Origin: Acidobacteriota bacterium
Lineage (GTDB): Bacteria; Acidobacteriota; UBA890; WLXD01
Assembly: GCA_963666215.2 (NCBI GenBank)
Contig: CAXWPL010000002.1
Coordinates: 160,001 to 224,000 of the forward strand
DNA length: 64,000 nucleotides
Direction: 5' to 3'
This document shows, piece after piece, positions 40,463 to 50,614 of the stretch (position 1 is its first letter; every line of letters starts with the position of its first letter). Both the position numbers and the translations under genes were made by a program. The notes under the pieces were generated by a model. That model searched no databases. It had not been told where the DNA came from and saw only the letters and a list, made by a program, of their open reading frames with translations.

Positions 40463-40546
40463 GCCGAGGTGGTGGAATTGGCAGACACGCATGGTTAAGG
40501 ACCATGTGGGCTAACGCCCGTGAGGGTTCGAGTCCCTCCCCCGGCA
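40463..40546 (+). tRNA. tRNA-Leu, anticodon AAG (40497-40499)
   Basis: Cloverleaf: GCCGAGG/CCCCGGC acceptor (one A-C mismatch), D arm, CATGG-TTAAGGA-CCATG, long variable arm, GAGGG-TTCGAGT-CCCTC, discriminator A, no encoded CCA. Confidence 0.95.
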
Positions 40547-40592
40547 CTGCCAGTTTTTCCGAGGGTTCCCGCCCTCCGGGTGCCAGGTTGTC

Positions 40593-41048
40593 CTACAGAC
40601 CTAGCGTCGCGCTCGTCCAGCGGCGCCACACCGACGCCGGTAGCAGCTGCACCACTGCGTGGGCGGTCGCCTTCGCGTAGGCGCGATGGAACGCGTCATC
40701 GTCGCGAGCGTCGCGCTTGGCCTCTTCCCAGGCGCCGATCCGACTCCGGCGCTGGAGCCGGTCGCGCACCTCCACGAGGACCTCCACGCTGCGAGCCTTT
40801 TCGTGCACACCGCCGCGCAGCGGCAAGACCTCGAGGCTGCCGAGCTCCCGCGATCCGGCCACGATATCGGCGTGGAACAAATCGATCTCCGCGAAGCGAC
40901 GCTTGATCTCGCCTTCGACCCAGATGTCCACCAGCTCCGTCAACGTCATCTGCTCCAGAACTCCACCGGTTCGAGCTCGACGCGGAACTGACATCTCTAA
41001 TGTTTCCAACGATCTAGAGGGAATGCACGAGTCTGCAGCGGCCATCAT
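40593..41048 (-). CDS. Hypothetical protein (start uncertain)
   Basis: ORF with natural composition fills the gap between the tRNA and xdhC; no recognised motif. Confidence 0.55.
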   Translation of the reverse strand: MMAAADSCIPSRSLETLEMSVPRRARTGGVLEQMTLTELVDIWVEGEIKRRFAEIDLFHADIVAGSRELGSLEVLPLRGGVHEKARSVEVLVEVRDRLQRRSRIGAWEEAKRDARDDDAFHRAYAKATAHAVVQLLPASVWRRWTSATLGL

Positions 41049-41236
41049 ATGGGGATTCTCAGAGCTCGGTCAAGCCTCCCTAACACCGTGCTACACTCCG
41101 TTGTATCCTCGTCTGAAGTGTCGATTCCGGGCGTTCCTGCGGCCTCAACCGCCTCATTTTCTGGGCCTTGTCCAGGGCCACTCACGCCGGGTCCGTCGTC
41201 GGCTTCCTCTCCGACCCGCCTTGCAGCCTGACTTCC

Positions 41237-42479
41237 ATGCAGGAGCATCTCGAGACGATCGTCGCTGAGCTCGAACAGCAGCGTTCGCTGGCGCTCGCCG
41301 TGGTGATCGAGCGACGCGGATCGCTGCCGATGGCGACCACCGCACGAATGCTCGTCAGCGCGGATGGCTCGACGGGTGGGACAGTGGGCGGTGGGTGCCT
41401 CGAGGCGGAGATCTACGCGCGTGCGCGCCGCCTCCTCGCAGCATCAACCGGGACGAGCGCAGCGATCGATACCTTCAGCCTGACCGAAGTCGAGGAGGGG
41501 TTGCAGGGTCACGTCTGCGGCGGCACCGTGAGCATCCTTACGGAGTTGCTGGTGCCCGATGCCGCAACCACGGGCCTTTTTGCCGACCTGCGGAACCGGC
41601 TGGCGAGGGGCGAAAACGTGGCGCTGGCCACGCTGCTCCCCGGGCAGGGATATCCACGGGGCGGGCACCGGTTGTTGCTGACGCCAAAGACGAACGAGCC
41701 GGTGGCAGGTACCGCCATCGAATCACGCGCCGGATCAGGGATCGATCCAGACGGTGCGGCCTCGCGGCTGGCCGCGGCCGGGCGTCAGGCACTGGCCGAC
41801 GCCCGGCCGCGTGTCGTCGGGCTCGACTCGCGGCACCGGTAGCGGGCTGGTCGCTGCCGATAATGCGATCGCCGGCGCGCGCTACTTCGTCGAGCCGCTG
41901 TTGACGGAGCCGAGAGCGGTGATTTTCGGCGCCGGACACTGCGGGCGCGCCATTGCCCGCATTGCCGGTTTCGCTGGCTTCCGGACCGTGGTGCTCGACG
42001 ACCGGCCGGCGTTTGCCGATCCTGAGCTGGTGCCGGAGGCGGACGAGGTGGCCGTGGTCGACTTCGCCGACCTGTGCGAACTTGCCGGTCCCTCCGGTCC
42101 TTCGGGTTCTCCCGGTCCTTCCGGCTCTTACGATGATGCCGACTGCCCCAGACCTTCCAGTCTGCCGAGCGGCGGGGTTCTGGGCGGTGGGCAGCGTGAC
42201 TACCTCGTGATTGTGACCCGCGGCCACGAGCACGATCTTACGGTCCTCCGGCAGGTGCTCGCGGCGGCTGGCACCGGTGGAGCGCCTGCCTATCTGGGGA
42301 TGATCGGCAGCCGGCGGAAGCGTTTGATGTTCTTGAAGACACTGAAGGCAGAGGGGTACTGCGACGAAGATCTCGCCGCCCTGCGCTCGCCGATGGGGCT
42401 GTCGATCGGCGCTGACACGCCTGAGGAGATCGCGGTGGCGGTGGTCGGCGAGATGATTGCCGCGCGCCGAGGTGTCTGA
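41237..42479 (+). pseudogene. xdhC: XdhC family accessory protein, split by a frameshift near 41825-41840
   Basis: N half (RGSLP, GTVGGGCLE, CGG) stops at 41842. C half (IFGAGH, DDRP, VTRGHEHD, YLGMIGSRRK, TPEEIA) is in another frame. Confidence 0.8.
42087..42128 (+). repeat. Degenerate 9-bp tandem repeat encoding GPS/GSP
   Basis: ggtccctcc ggtccttcg ggttctccc ggtccttcc ggctct. Confidence 0.7.
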
Positions 42480-43170
42480 CGGCGATCGCGCGGCCGCGAT
42501 CGCCGGCGTGGTCCTGGCAGCCGGTGCTTCATCGCGCATGGGGTCGCCGAAAGCCCTGCTGCGAATCGACGACGATACCTATCTGAGTCGTGTTGTCGGC
42601 ACGTTTCAACGCGCCGGCATTGCGCGGCCGCGGGTGGTGGTCGGCGCCCACGCCGCCGAGATCCGGCAACATCTGCCCACGGGTGCCGTCGAGGTGCTGA
42701 ACCCCGACTGGCGACAGGGCATGTTGAGCAGCCTGCAGGCCGGTATCCGCGATCTGATAGCCGCCGAATCGCCCGCCGACACGTTCATCGAGTCGGGGCT
42801 CGAATCGGCTGTTGAGTCGGCCAGCGAGCCGGTGGAGCCTGGCGTTTTGTCGGGCCGCCGGTGGGACGGGCTGTGCATGGCGCTGGTTGACGTGCCGAGG
42901 CTGTCGCGGCGGACCGTTGAGGCGCTTCTCGCCATGCGGGCGGGTACGCGAGCCGCTGTTGTGCTGCCGACGTACGAGGGGAGGCGAGGCCACCCCGTGC
43001 TCTTCGGTCGCGAGTTGTGGGTCGCGCTGCTCGAGGCGCGAGCCGAGGAGGGCCCGCGTGCTGTGGTGCGCGCTTATTCCGAAGAGCTGGCTGAAGTCAC
43101 GGTCGACGACCCGTGGATCTTGCGCGATGCCGACACGCCCGACGAACATCGCCGGCTGACGGGTGACTGA
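42472..43170 (+). CDS. Molybdenum cofactor nucleotidyltransferase (MocA-like)
   Basis: VLAAGASSRMG.PKALL, GMLSSL, GHPVLF, DADTP; adjacent to xdhC. Confidence 0.88.
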   Translation: MSDGDRAAAIAGVVLAAGASSRMGSPKALLRIDDDTYLSRVVGTFQRAGIARPRVVVGAHAAEIRQHLPTGAVEVLNPDWRQGMLSSLQAGIRDLIAAESPADTFIESGLESAVESASEPVEPGVLSGRRWDGLCMALVDVPRLSRRTVEALLAMRAGTRAAVVLPTYEGRRGHPVLFGRELWVALLEARAEEGPRAVVRAYSEELAEVTVDDPWILRDADTPDEHRRLTGD

Positions 43171-43230
43171 GCCCCGCCATACCCACCGCGGAGGGCGGCG
43201 GTTTTAGGTTTGCCGAATCTTCTCGGCAGC

Positions 43231-43560
43231 TCAATCCGAGGCGGGAATGTCGCCGTTGGGTGGCTCATCGCCGACCTTCGAAAGGTCAAGCTGAGCGTCG
43301 GTGGCGGCATCAGGTTCTGCTAGCTCAAAGAATTGCCGCGCGTGCGACTCGATGATGTCGTGGCTGCGCGGGTCGCCGAGGTTGAGAGCGAGCTCGTTGA
43401 TCACCTTGATCTGCATGTCGAGCCATTCCTTCCAGCAGGCGGCGCAGACGACGGCCTGTACCTCAGATTTGAGAGGCTCGCGGAATGGGATCCGCGCCTC
43501 GATGGGCGCGCGCTCGTTGCCGCAACGGCAGCAGCTCGGGGTGGGTTCTGTAGCGTCCAT
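43231..43560 (-). CDS. Fe(II)-trafficking/oxidative damage protein YggX-like
   Basis: CWKEWLDMQIKVINELALNL..FF resembles the YggX core. Confidence 0.8.
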   Translation of the reverse strand: MDATEPTPSCCRCGNERAPIEARIPFREPLKSEVQAVVCAACWKEWLDMQIKVINELALNLGDPRSHDIIESHARQFFELAEPDAATDAQLDLSKVGDEPPNGDIPASD

Positions 43561-43704
43561 CGGGAGTCCTGATTGAGTTGGAACGTGGCGAACTGAGTTA
43601 CGGCGCCGGGAGCGTGCGGCCGGGTGCATCTCGTGGCCGACGGCCGGCCACCAAGCTTGCCTCATCCGTGCGGCTGGCGTGGGTCCACGATCTCTAGGGA
43701 GCCA

Positions 43705-45978
43705 TCAGCGGCGCTCGGCTTCTGGCTCCGAATCGGCGTAGATCGTCGTTATCGGCTCGCCGCTGCTTTGGAGCGGCGCCCGCAGGCCCAGGAGCTGGGT
43801 GATGGTTGCTGCAACATCGATGTTGCGCACACGACCGATTTCGACTCCCGACCGAATTCCGGGCCCCGCCGCGGCGAAGATGGTGTGGATGTCGGGTCGC
43901 TTGGGGTCGAAACGGTGCGCGCCCATCGGCCGGTACGAACCCGCAACCGGTCCTTCGAGATCGGCGCGCAGCTCGTACTGCGGCAACACGTCCAGATACA
44001 GATCGCCAGCGTTCGGTCCCGCCAGCTCGGGCTCCTCGGTGGCACACGCGATAGCGGTGACGATTTGCGCACCGGTTTCGGGGTCGCGTGCGGCCAGGAG
44101 CGCGCTGATCGCGGCGTCGCTGACGGCTTGGCGCTCGCTGGGCGGCACGATTCCCTGGTCGCGGTCGACACCGTTGATCAGCAGGTAGCCGCCGTTGCCG
44201 TGGTGGTAGACAACCTGCGTGCGTGTCAAATCGAGACGCCGACGGTTGCCGGCGGGTGCTGTGCCCAGCAGCCCTGCCGCCTCGAGGACGCGGTTGGGCC
44301 GGAAGGCACGGCTAACAGCCGCGTGCCCGTGGTCGCTCGTCAGGAACGTCGTGACGTCCTTTCCGGCGGCGTCACGCAGAGCGCCCAGAAAACGATCAAC
44401 CCAGATCACCACCTGCTCGAGGTGGGGCCGTACACGCTCGGCGAGGGCAGCGTCGTAGGCCGCGCTGCGTTTCGACACCACTCCCCACCAGGTGTGAACC
44501 GCTTCGTCCGGGTAGGGGAGGTAGCCGATCAGGAGGTCGTAGTCGTTCTGCGAGGCGAGGGCAACCGCGCGCGCCGTTTGGTTGGCGATCGTCAGCGCCA
44601 CGGTCTCCAGATAGCGTGCCTCGGCGGTGCCGTCGCCACCACCCGCCAAGGTCTCGCCGAAAGCACCACGCACGTATTCTCCCGAGCCGCCGTTGCCCAC
44701 AAAGCCCGGCGCAGTCTCCGAGAGCCTGCCGGCCAGATCGGCGTCGGCGGTTGTGTTGCGGGCGGATACCGGGCGGTAGCAAAGTGGGGGCTCGGTGGCC
44801 GCAGCACGCGAGCGGCCGTCACCGTGGATGTTCCAGCAACGCACGTAGACCTCGAGTGGGCCATCTTGGTCGTTGAGGGTGACGGTGGTGAATTCGGGAG
44901 GAATCGGTCCGGCTTTGCGACCCGTCTTGATGGCCGCCGGGTTGGCGGCTGCGACCGCGAGGCGTACGAGCTCGCGTCGCCCCGGATCGCCGGTGGGCAC
45001 CTGGAGCGCCAGAGCGTCGTGGCCAGTGCCGACGATCTCGGGGTCGTCAAAGCGCCACATCAGCAGATGATCAGGGCCGTTCCAATCGCCGGGGTTGCTG
45101 CCGTCGGGTCGTAGCGGCCAACGCCAGCCGTGCGGTTGCAGCTCGCCGCCGCGCACCGCGGCGGGCGCCAGCGCCGCGACCTCGGCCAGGCTCAGCGGCT
45201 CGCTGTCGAGAGGCATGGTCGATCCAGAGAGGATGCGGTAGGCATAACCGTTGACCAGGCGCTGGCGGCCAGGGTGCGGTTGATTCGCGGTGCCGCCAAA
45301 CCGGCCGCCCTCGGCGTAGATGGCCAACGGATAGGTCTGCGTGGCGTCGATCGCGACCGCCGTGGCTCCCTGGCGCGCCAACGCCGTCCAGATCGGCTCT
45401 GCTACGAGGAACTCTGCCGAGAACCCGGTGACGCCACCGGCAACCGAGCCTCTGGGCCGCGGGATCGTGTTTCCGGTAATTCCGTGTCGCGCCGGCACGG
45501 TGCCGGTCCACAGCGAGGCGAAGCTAGCCGCGGTCAGCGACGGGCGCACCGTTTCGGCATGATCGGCGACGACGCCAGTGGCTTGCATCTGCTGGAGGTT
45601 CGGCAACTTACCGGCAGCCAACATCGGCGCGATCAGGTCGCGTGGGCTGCCATCCCAGTTCACCCACAGCACGCGTCGTCGCGTCCCATTCCGGCCTGTC
45701 GTGGCTGCCGCCGCGTCGGCTTGTTGTAGGCCATCGGCGGCCGTCACTGGCGTCGCGACCGCGGCCCCTCCGGCAACACTCCCGATCGCCGGTGACCGCA
45801 CGGCCAGCCCCCATGCCAGGCCGGCGATTCCGAGCACAGCTGCCGCCGTCAGTGCGACGCAGAGCCCGGCGGCTGCGGGGCGGGCTCGATCTCGGCCCCA
45901 GACTTGCCTGGTCGTCACCCGGTCAGGCTGTGGTCGTGGCATCACGAGACCCGTGGCGGTCGAGGTCTCACGTGCCAC
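43705..45978 (-). CDS. Exported alkaline-phosphatase-superfamily nucleotide pyrophosphatase/phosphodiesterase
   Basis: N-terminal hydrophobic segment, WDG, PSLT..FASLWTG..PARHGI..N, DEAVH, SDHG, GAH. Confidence 0.85.
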   Translation of the reverse strand: MARETSTATGLVMPRPQPDRVTTRQVWGRDRARPAAAGLCVALTAAAVLGIAGLAWGLAVRSPAIGSVAGGAAVATPVTAADGLQQADAAAATTGRNGTRRRVLWVNWDGSPRDLIAPMLAAGKLPNLQQMQATGVVADHAETVRPSLTAASFASLWTGTVPARHGITGNTIPRPRGSVAGGVTGFSAEFLVAEPIWTALARQGATAVAIDATQTYPLAIYAEGGRFGGTANQPHPGRQRLVNGYAYRILSGSTMPLDSEPLSLAEVAALAPAAVRGGELQPHGWRWPLRPDGSNPGDWNGPDHLLMWRFDDPEIVGTGHDALALQVPTGDPGRRELVRLAVAAANPAAIKTGRKAGPIPPEFTTVTLNDQDGPLEVYVRCWNIHGDGRSRAAATEPPLCYRPVSARNTTADADLAGRLSETAPGFVGNGGSGEYVRGAFGETLAGGGDGTAEARYLETVALTIANQTARAVALASQNDYDLLIGYLPYPDEAVHTWWGVVSKRSAAYDAALAERVRPHLEQVVIWVDRFLGALRDAAGKDVTTFLTSDHGHAAVSRAFRPNRVLEAAGLLGTAPAGNRRRLDLTRTQVVYHHGNGGYLLINGVDRDQGIVPPSERQAVSDAAISALLAARDPETGAQIVTAIACATEEPELAGPNAGDLYLDVLPQYELRADLEGPVAGSYRPMGAHRFDPKRPDIHTIFAAAGPGIRSGVEIGRVRNIDVAATITQLLGLRAPLQSSGEPITTIYADSEPEAERR

Positions 45979-47185
45979 CGGCTATGCGCACGCCGGCGCT
46001 GGCACCGAGTCGTGTGGCTCCGGCCGCGATCATCGCCGCGGCGTCCTGTCGCGAGCCGATTCCGCCGGCGGCTTTGACCCCCATGCCGCGGCCCACGGTC
46101 CGTCGCATCAGCGCCACGTGCTCGACGGTGGCGCCGCCGGGCCCGAAGCCGGTGGAGGTCTTGACGAACTCGGCGCCAGCGTTGCGGGCGTGCTCGCAGC
46201 CGCGGACGATCTCGTCGTCGGTTAGCAGAGCTGTCTCCAGAATTACCTTGACGAGTGCTCCCGGATGCGCGCTTTCCACAACCTGCCGGATGTCCCACAC
46301 CACCCAGTCCTCGCGTCCCGACTTGAGGGCGCCGACGTTGATCACCATGTCGATCTCGTCGGCGCCTTGGTCGACAGCGAGCCGTGTCTCGGCGCTCTTG
46401 ACGTCGGGCATGTTCGCGCCCAGTGGGAAACCGACCACGGTGCAGACCCTGACCGCGCTGGAGCGCAGCAGGTCGGCGGCAAGCGGCACGTAGTAGGGGT
46501 TGATGCAGACGCTGGCGAAGCCGTACTCGAGCGCCTCTTGGCAAAGTTTGGTGACCTGCGCTTCGGTGGCTTCGGGCTTGAGCAAAGTGTGATCGATGAG
46601 CGGCACGATGGCGTCGTCGAGCGGTGGCTCGCAGGTGGCGATTCCGACACGGTCGGCCCCCGCCTGAACGATGCTCTGCAGCGCACCCGGATCGATCGAG
46701 CAGCCATCGCTCCAGCACCAGCGGGCGAGCTGTTCAATCTGAGCGAGCGATAGCCCCCGCGCGAGCTTCGACGCGAGCTCCTCGGCCAACGTGTCGACGC
46801 CGTTGCGGCACGTGTCTTCGTTGGCGGTGGCGCCAGTGGAGGCGCTCGTCAGCGCGACATCGAGCTCGGCTGCGCGATCACACGCAGCTGCCGTGACGAT
46901 AGTGTCCGGAGTCACTGGCAGCGATATCGTGCCGGCGCGTGCCGCCGCTTCGACGTCCGTGACGGTGATCAGCGGTCGACCTTGGCCCGAAGCCGAAGCC
47001 GTTGTTTGCTCGTCTCTGGTGCCGCCGGCGCTGGTTGCCATCGATCCGGCGAGCTGGCCGTCCTCGATCAGCCGTTGCAGCGCTCCGCAGAGCTGCCGCC
47101 GGAGCTCGGGCTCCGAGCCGGTGACCTCGGTGGGCGATGCCGCCGGCCGATCGCTGGCTCGCGGGGGAGCGGGGTGATCGGCCAA
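45968..47185 (-). CDS. deoC: Deoxyribose-phosphate aldolase with ~190 aa N-terminal extension
   Basis: [45 protein letters not shown]. Confidence 0.95.
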   Translation of the reverse strand: MADHPAPPRASDRPAASPTEVTGSEPELRRQLCGALQRLIEDGQLAGSMATSAGGTRDEQTTASASGQGRPLITVTDVEAAARAGTISLPVTPDTIVTAAACDRAAELDVALTSASTGATANEDTCRNGVDTLAEELASKLARGLSLAQIEQLARWCWSDGCSIDPGALQSIVQAGADRVGIATCEPPLDDAIVPLIDHTLLKPEATEAQVTKLCQEALEYGFASVCINPYYVPLAADLLRSSAVRVCTVVGFPLGANMPDVKSAETRLAVDQGADEIDMVINVGALKSGREDWVVWDIRQVVESAHPGALVKVILETALLTDDEIVRGCEHARNAGAEFVKTSTGFGPGGATVEHVALMRRTVGRGMGVKAAGGIGSRQDAAAMIAAGATRLGASAGVRIAGGT

Positions 47186-47186
47186 G

Positions 47187-48863
47187 TCAATCGCCGCCGT
47201 TGGTCACTGCGTCGTTGCTGAGAACAACGAACTGCCCCGAGACGACTGCGCTGGTGCCGGCCACTTCGTCGACGATCTCGAGCCGGGCTTCGTATCGACC
47301 GGGCGGGTAGCCGCGCAGTGGCAATGCCAGCGAGAAGGCCTGTCGTTGCATGGGTGCCGGGTGAGGGTGCTGTCCGGGAATGGTCAGGAAGCGGTTGCCG
47401 TCACGCAGAATTTGCCCCCGTAAAGTGACGTTGTTGGACCCCTGAGGGTCGAGCTGCAGACCGTAGACCTGCAGGTAGAGCATCAGTGGTTGATCCGGGA
47501 AGAAAACGCTGCCAACGTTAGGCACGACGCGAAGATCGCCGTGCTGAAAGTCGTGCACCGGCTCATCGGCGCGCACAGGTACGCGCTCAACCCGACTTGC
47601 GAAGGTGAGGCTCGACAGCCGCAGGCCGTCGTCACTCAGGTCGGGTACCTCCACGCGGTTGACGGTACGGCCGATGAGTTCGGCAACATTGTCGCGCGCC
47701 AGAACAATCAGGTCGTAGCTGCCGGCGGGCGCCAAGAGTTGCAGCGGTTGCAGGATCTGGCTCGTCCCGATCTGCTGGGCCTGCTCCTGCGACAGCGTGA
47801 AGCTGATCGTCTTCTCGGTATCGACAACCGTGTCGCCTTCTCGGTCCAGCGCGACGTACAGATCGGCGGAGTAGTAGAGGCGGTCACCGATGAAATTGGG
47901 CCGCAGCACAGACTGGCTCAGGGCTACGGTTACCTGCACCGCGGTGTTGTTTCCGATGGCCTCGTAGTAGTCGACGCTGTTAGGCACCGTGAACGTGTCG
48001 AAGCGCACTTCGGTGTCGGCGCGCAGGCGTACGTCGCGCAGCCGGTCGAGGTAGATCGTGGGCACTTCGGCGATTTCCCGCATCTGCTGCTGGAAGTCGA
48101 GGAAGTCGACCGCTACGCGTGTGGGGTCGGTGTAACGGCGCGCCAGCACCCGCTCGTCGTAGATCGAGCTGGCGTGCCGGCGTAGCGCATAGACGTCGAT
48201 CGAGCTGTTGGTGTAGCCGAACTGCGGATCGGAGATCGGCGCGGCCGCGTCGAGGTCGCTGACGAGCTCGAACTCCCCGGTGCCATGGAAGTCGACGAAG
48301 CTCAGGTCAAGTGTCGGCGGCAGAAGCGGGTTGCCGACGAAGCTGTAGGTCCAAACTTCGGAGGCCCGCTCCATTCCACCGCGACCCGTGGGGTTGCGAT
48401 TCAGTTGATTCGGGGCCCCGAGGATGATGAACATGCGGCCGCGGTCGGTCGCCCAGCCGGGCTTACCGGCGCTGAATCGTTGTGTGGCGATGGCGAAACG
48501 CTCGAGATGCTCGCGTCGGTACTCGTTGGAGGGTGTGCCTGGTGTTGGGTCACGAACCTCCCAGAAGCGGTCGATGAACGCTACCCGCTGCTCGTCGGTG
48601 GGAAGCGCCTTGTAGATCGTCTTTTCTTCGTCGGTGATGATGTAGCGCACGTACTCATCGACCCATTTTTCGAGTGCCTTTTCGAACTCTTCGTCGGACG
48701 GATCCCAGCCGGCTGTTTGGACGCGTTCGGCCGTTGTTTGTTGCTCCAGCGCATGGCCACCAAGAGCCTCGAGAGGCAGCTCCCGCGCCGCGACGCTTGT
48801 CACCGAAAAAACCAACAGGCCGACGAGGACGGCCTGCGTGAGCTGGGCGAGCTGCTTGTTCAT
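47187..48863 (-). CDS. GWxTD domain protein
   Basis: Signal peptide; [24 protein letters not shown]. Confidence 0.9.
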   Translation of the reverse strand: MNKQLAQLTQAVLVGLLVFSVTSVAARELPLEALGGHALEQQTTAERVQTAGWDPSDEEFEKALEKWVDEYVRYIITDEEKTIYKALPTDEQRVAFIDRFWEVRDPTPGTPSNEYRREHLERFAIATQRFSAGKPGWATDRGRMFIILGAPNQLNRNPTGRGGMERASEVWTYSFVGNPLLPPTLDLSFVDFHGTGEFELVSDLDAAAPISDPQFGYTNSSIDVYALRRHASSIYDERVLARRYTDPTRVAVDFLDFQQQMREIAEVPTIYLDRLRDVRLRADTEVRFDTFTVPNSVDYYEAIGNNTAVQVTVALSQSVLRPNFIGDRLYYSADLYVALDREGDTVVDTEKTISFTLSQEQAQQIGTSQILQPLQLLAPAGSYDLIVLARDNVAELIGRTVNRVEVPDLSDDGLRLSSLTFASRVERVPVRADEPVHDFQHGDLRVVPNVGSVFFPDQPLMLYLQVYGLQLDPQGSNNVTLRGQILRDGNRFLTIPGQHPHPAPMQRQAFSLALPLRGYPPGRYEARLEIVDEVAGTSAVVSGQFVVLSNDAVTNGGD

Positions 48864-50461
48864 TGCTGTTGCCGGGCTGCCAGCAATCGCCGGTAGGTCG
48901 CCATCGAAGCCTCTTCGAGGCTCGTCTGACCGAGCTGTGAGTAGGCGATTGCCAAGTTCAGGTGATGGGCGGAGTTTTCGGGCTCCAGGTCGATGGCTGC
49001 ACGATAGGCGGCGGCTGCCCCCTCAGCGTCACCCATTCCGAAGAGAGTGTTCCCGAGTGCCGCGTGGGTGGCGGCGAACGACGGGTTCGACTGCAGCGAC
49101 CGTTCGAGCGGCGGCAGGGCCTCCGCGTATCTCCCGCCTCTCGACAGCATCAGTCCACGCAAGTATAGGGTTTCCCAGTCGTTAGGCGCCGCCTGCAACG
49201 CGCGCACGACCGCTTCCGCGGCGCGGTCCGTGGCTCCGGCCGAGTACCAGAGCTTGGCGGCGATGATCAGGGCGCGTGGATCGTTGGGGTATTCCTCGAG
49301 CAACCGCGACGCGGCCGCGTCGGCCCCCGGCAGATCGCGGGCCTCCAGGGCCGCGGCAACCTCGTTACGCAGCGTGTTGAAACGCTTGCCGCCGTGGTCG
49401 GCTTCGTCTGCCGCCGCCTGCAGCTCCTGGAAGCGCAACATCGTCCGCTGAGCCGACGCGCGGTCGCCAGCCCGCGCCTGTGCTTGCGCCAGGCGGTAGG
49501 TGGCGTCGAGCTGGTCGGGGTTGAGCTCGATGCTGCGCTCGAGCGCAGCGATCGCTGGCGCCAGGTCCGAGGGTTCGGCAGGGTCGGCTTGGTCCGCCCG
49601 GTCGGCGAGAATCCGACCGATGAGGTAGCTCGCGTTCGCCTCGTCCCATCCGGCCGCGGCCGCCACCTGCAGCAGCTCGAGAGCACGGTCGTGGTCGGCC
49701 GGCCGGTCGGCCAGGATGACTCCCAACGTGTAACTACTAGGCGGGTGCCGTGGCTCTCGTGCTAGCGCGCGTTCCAGCGTCGCGATCGCCGCGTCGTAGT
49801 CCTGGCCCAGGTACCGGGCAACGCCAAGCAGGTTCAACACCTCGAGATCGTCCGGCTCCCGCTCCAGGAACGCCTCGAAGGCCCGCGCCGACGCGTCGTA
49901 TTCGCGCAGCTTCATGCGGGCGCCTCCGAGCAGACGGTAAGGAAGTGGGGCGTCCGGGACGTAGGCCATCGCGCGCTCGTAGAGCTCAATCGCGGCACGA
50001 AGATCACCGGCGACCTCGCGGATCTCGCCCATGGCAACCAGAACCTGAGGGTGCTCGGGCGCAATCTGAGCGGCTTGCTGGTACGCGCGACTGGCGGCAG
50101 CGTCATCGCCCTGGCTGCGGTGCGCGTGCCCGAGCCAGAGCAAGACCTCGGCGGTGGGCGTGGTTTCCGCCAGCGCCTGCAGGATCCGCAGTGCCGCCTC
50201 GGGGCGGCCCTCTTCGAGCGCCAGCCGGGCTCGTTCGAGCGCGGCTGGGTCGGCGGCGGCGGCTTGCCAGATCGCGGGCCGTGGAGCGCGGTTTGCAGGG
50301 CTCTTGAAGGCGACCCGACCGATACTCGGTGAGAAACCCGCGACAGCACTCACGGCTAGACGGGTGTCTTCGGTCGATGCGATGGCCTCCCCGAGCACAG
50401 TCGAGGCAGTCCCGAGTGCGACGACCACAGCCAGGCTACGGGCCGTTGAAGCCAGGCTCAC
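48860..50461 (-). CDS. Exported tetratricopeptide repeat protein
   Basis: Signal peptide and many TPR-like helical repeats. Confidence 0.88.
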   Translation of the reverse strand: MSLASTARSLAVVVALGTASTVLGEAIASTEDTRLAVSAVAGFSPSIGRVAFKSPANRAPRPAIWQAAAADPAALERARLALEEGRPEAALRILQALAETTPTAEVLLWLGHAHRSQGDDAAASRAYQQAAQIAPEHPQVLVAMGEIREVAGDLRAAIELYERAMAYVPDAPLPYRLLGGARMKLREYDASARAFEAFLEREPDDLEVLNLLGVARYLGQDYDAAIATLERALAREPRHPPSSYTLGVILADRPADHDRALELLQVAAAAGWDEANASYLIGRILADRADQADPAEPSDLAPAIAALERSIELNPDQLDATYRLAQAQARAGDRASAQRTMLRFQELQAAADEADHGGKRFNTLRNEVAAALEARDLPGADAAASRLLEEYPNDPRALIIAAKLWYSAGATDRAAEAVVRALQAAPNDWETLYLRGLMLSRGGRYAEALPPLERSLQSNPSFAATHAALGNTLFGMGDAEGAAAAYRAAIDLEPENSAHHLNLAIAYSQLGQTSLEEASMATYRRLLAARQQQ

Positions 50462-50562
50462 GATCGACCGAGGCCAATCGTTTGTTTGCCAACGCGGTGG
50501 TTCATTTCAGCCTTGGAGCCTGTCGGCGGAGCGTGGTTTGTCGAGCTTGATCCAGAAACGGC

Positions 50563-50591
50563 AAGGGCCCTCCCGGTGAGGAGCGGCCCTG
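50563..50591 (-). terminator. Hairpin after the TonB receptor gene (weak terminator or mRNA stabiliser)
   Basis: Minus strand AGGGCCgCTCC...GGAGGGCCCT; only a short U tract. Confidence 0.4.
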
Positions 50592-50614
50592 AGTACCGGG
50601 CGGTGTCCGCGAGC

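Noticed and set aside
40520-40600. tRNA 3' end as an attachment site for an island
   Set aside because: No integrase and no duplicated tRNA 3' end seen in the window.
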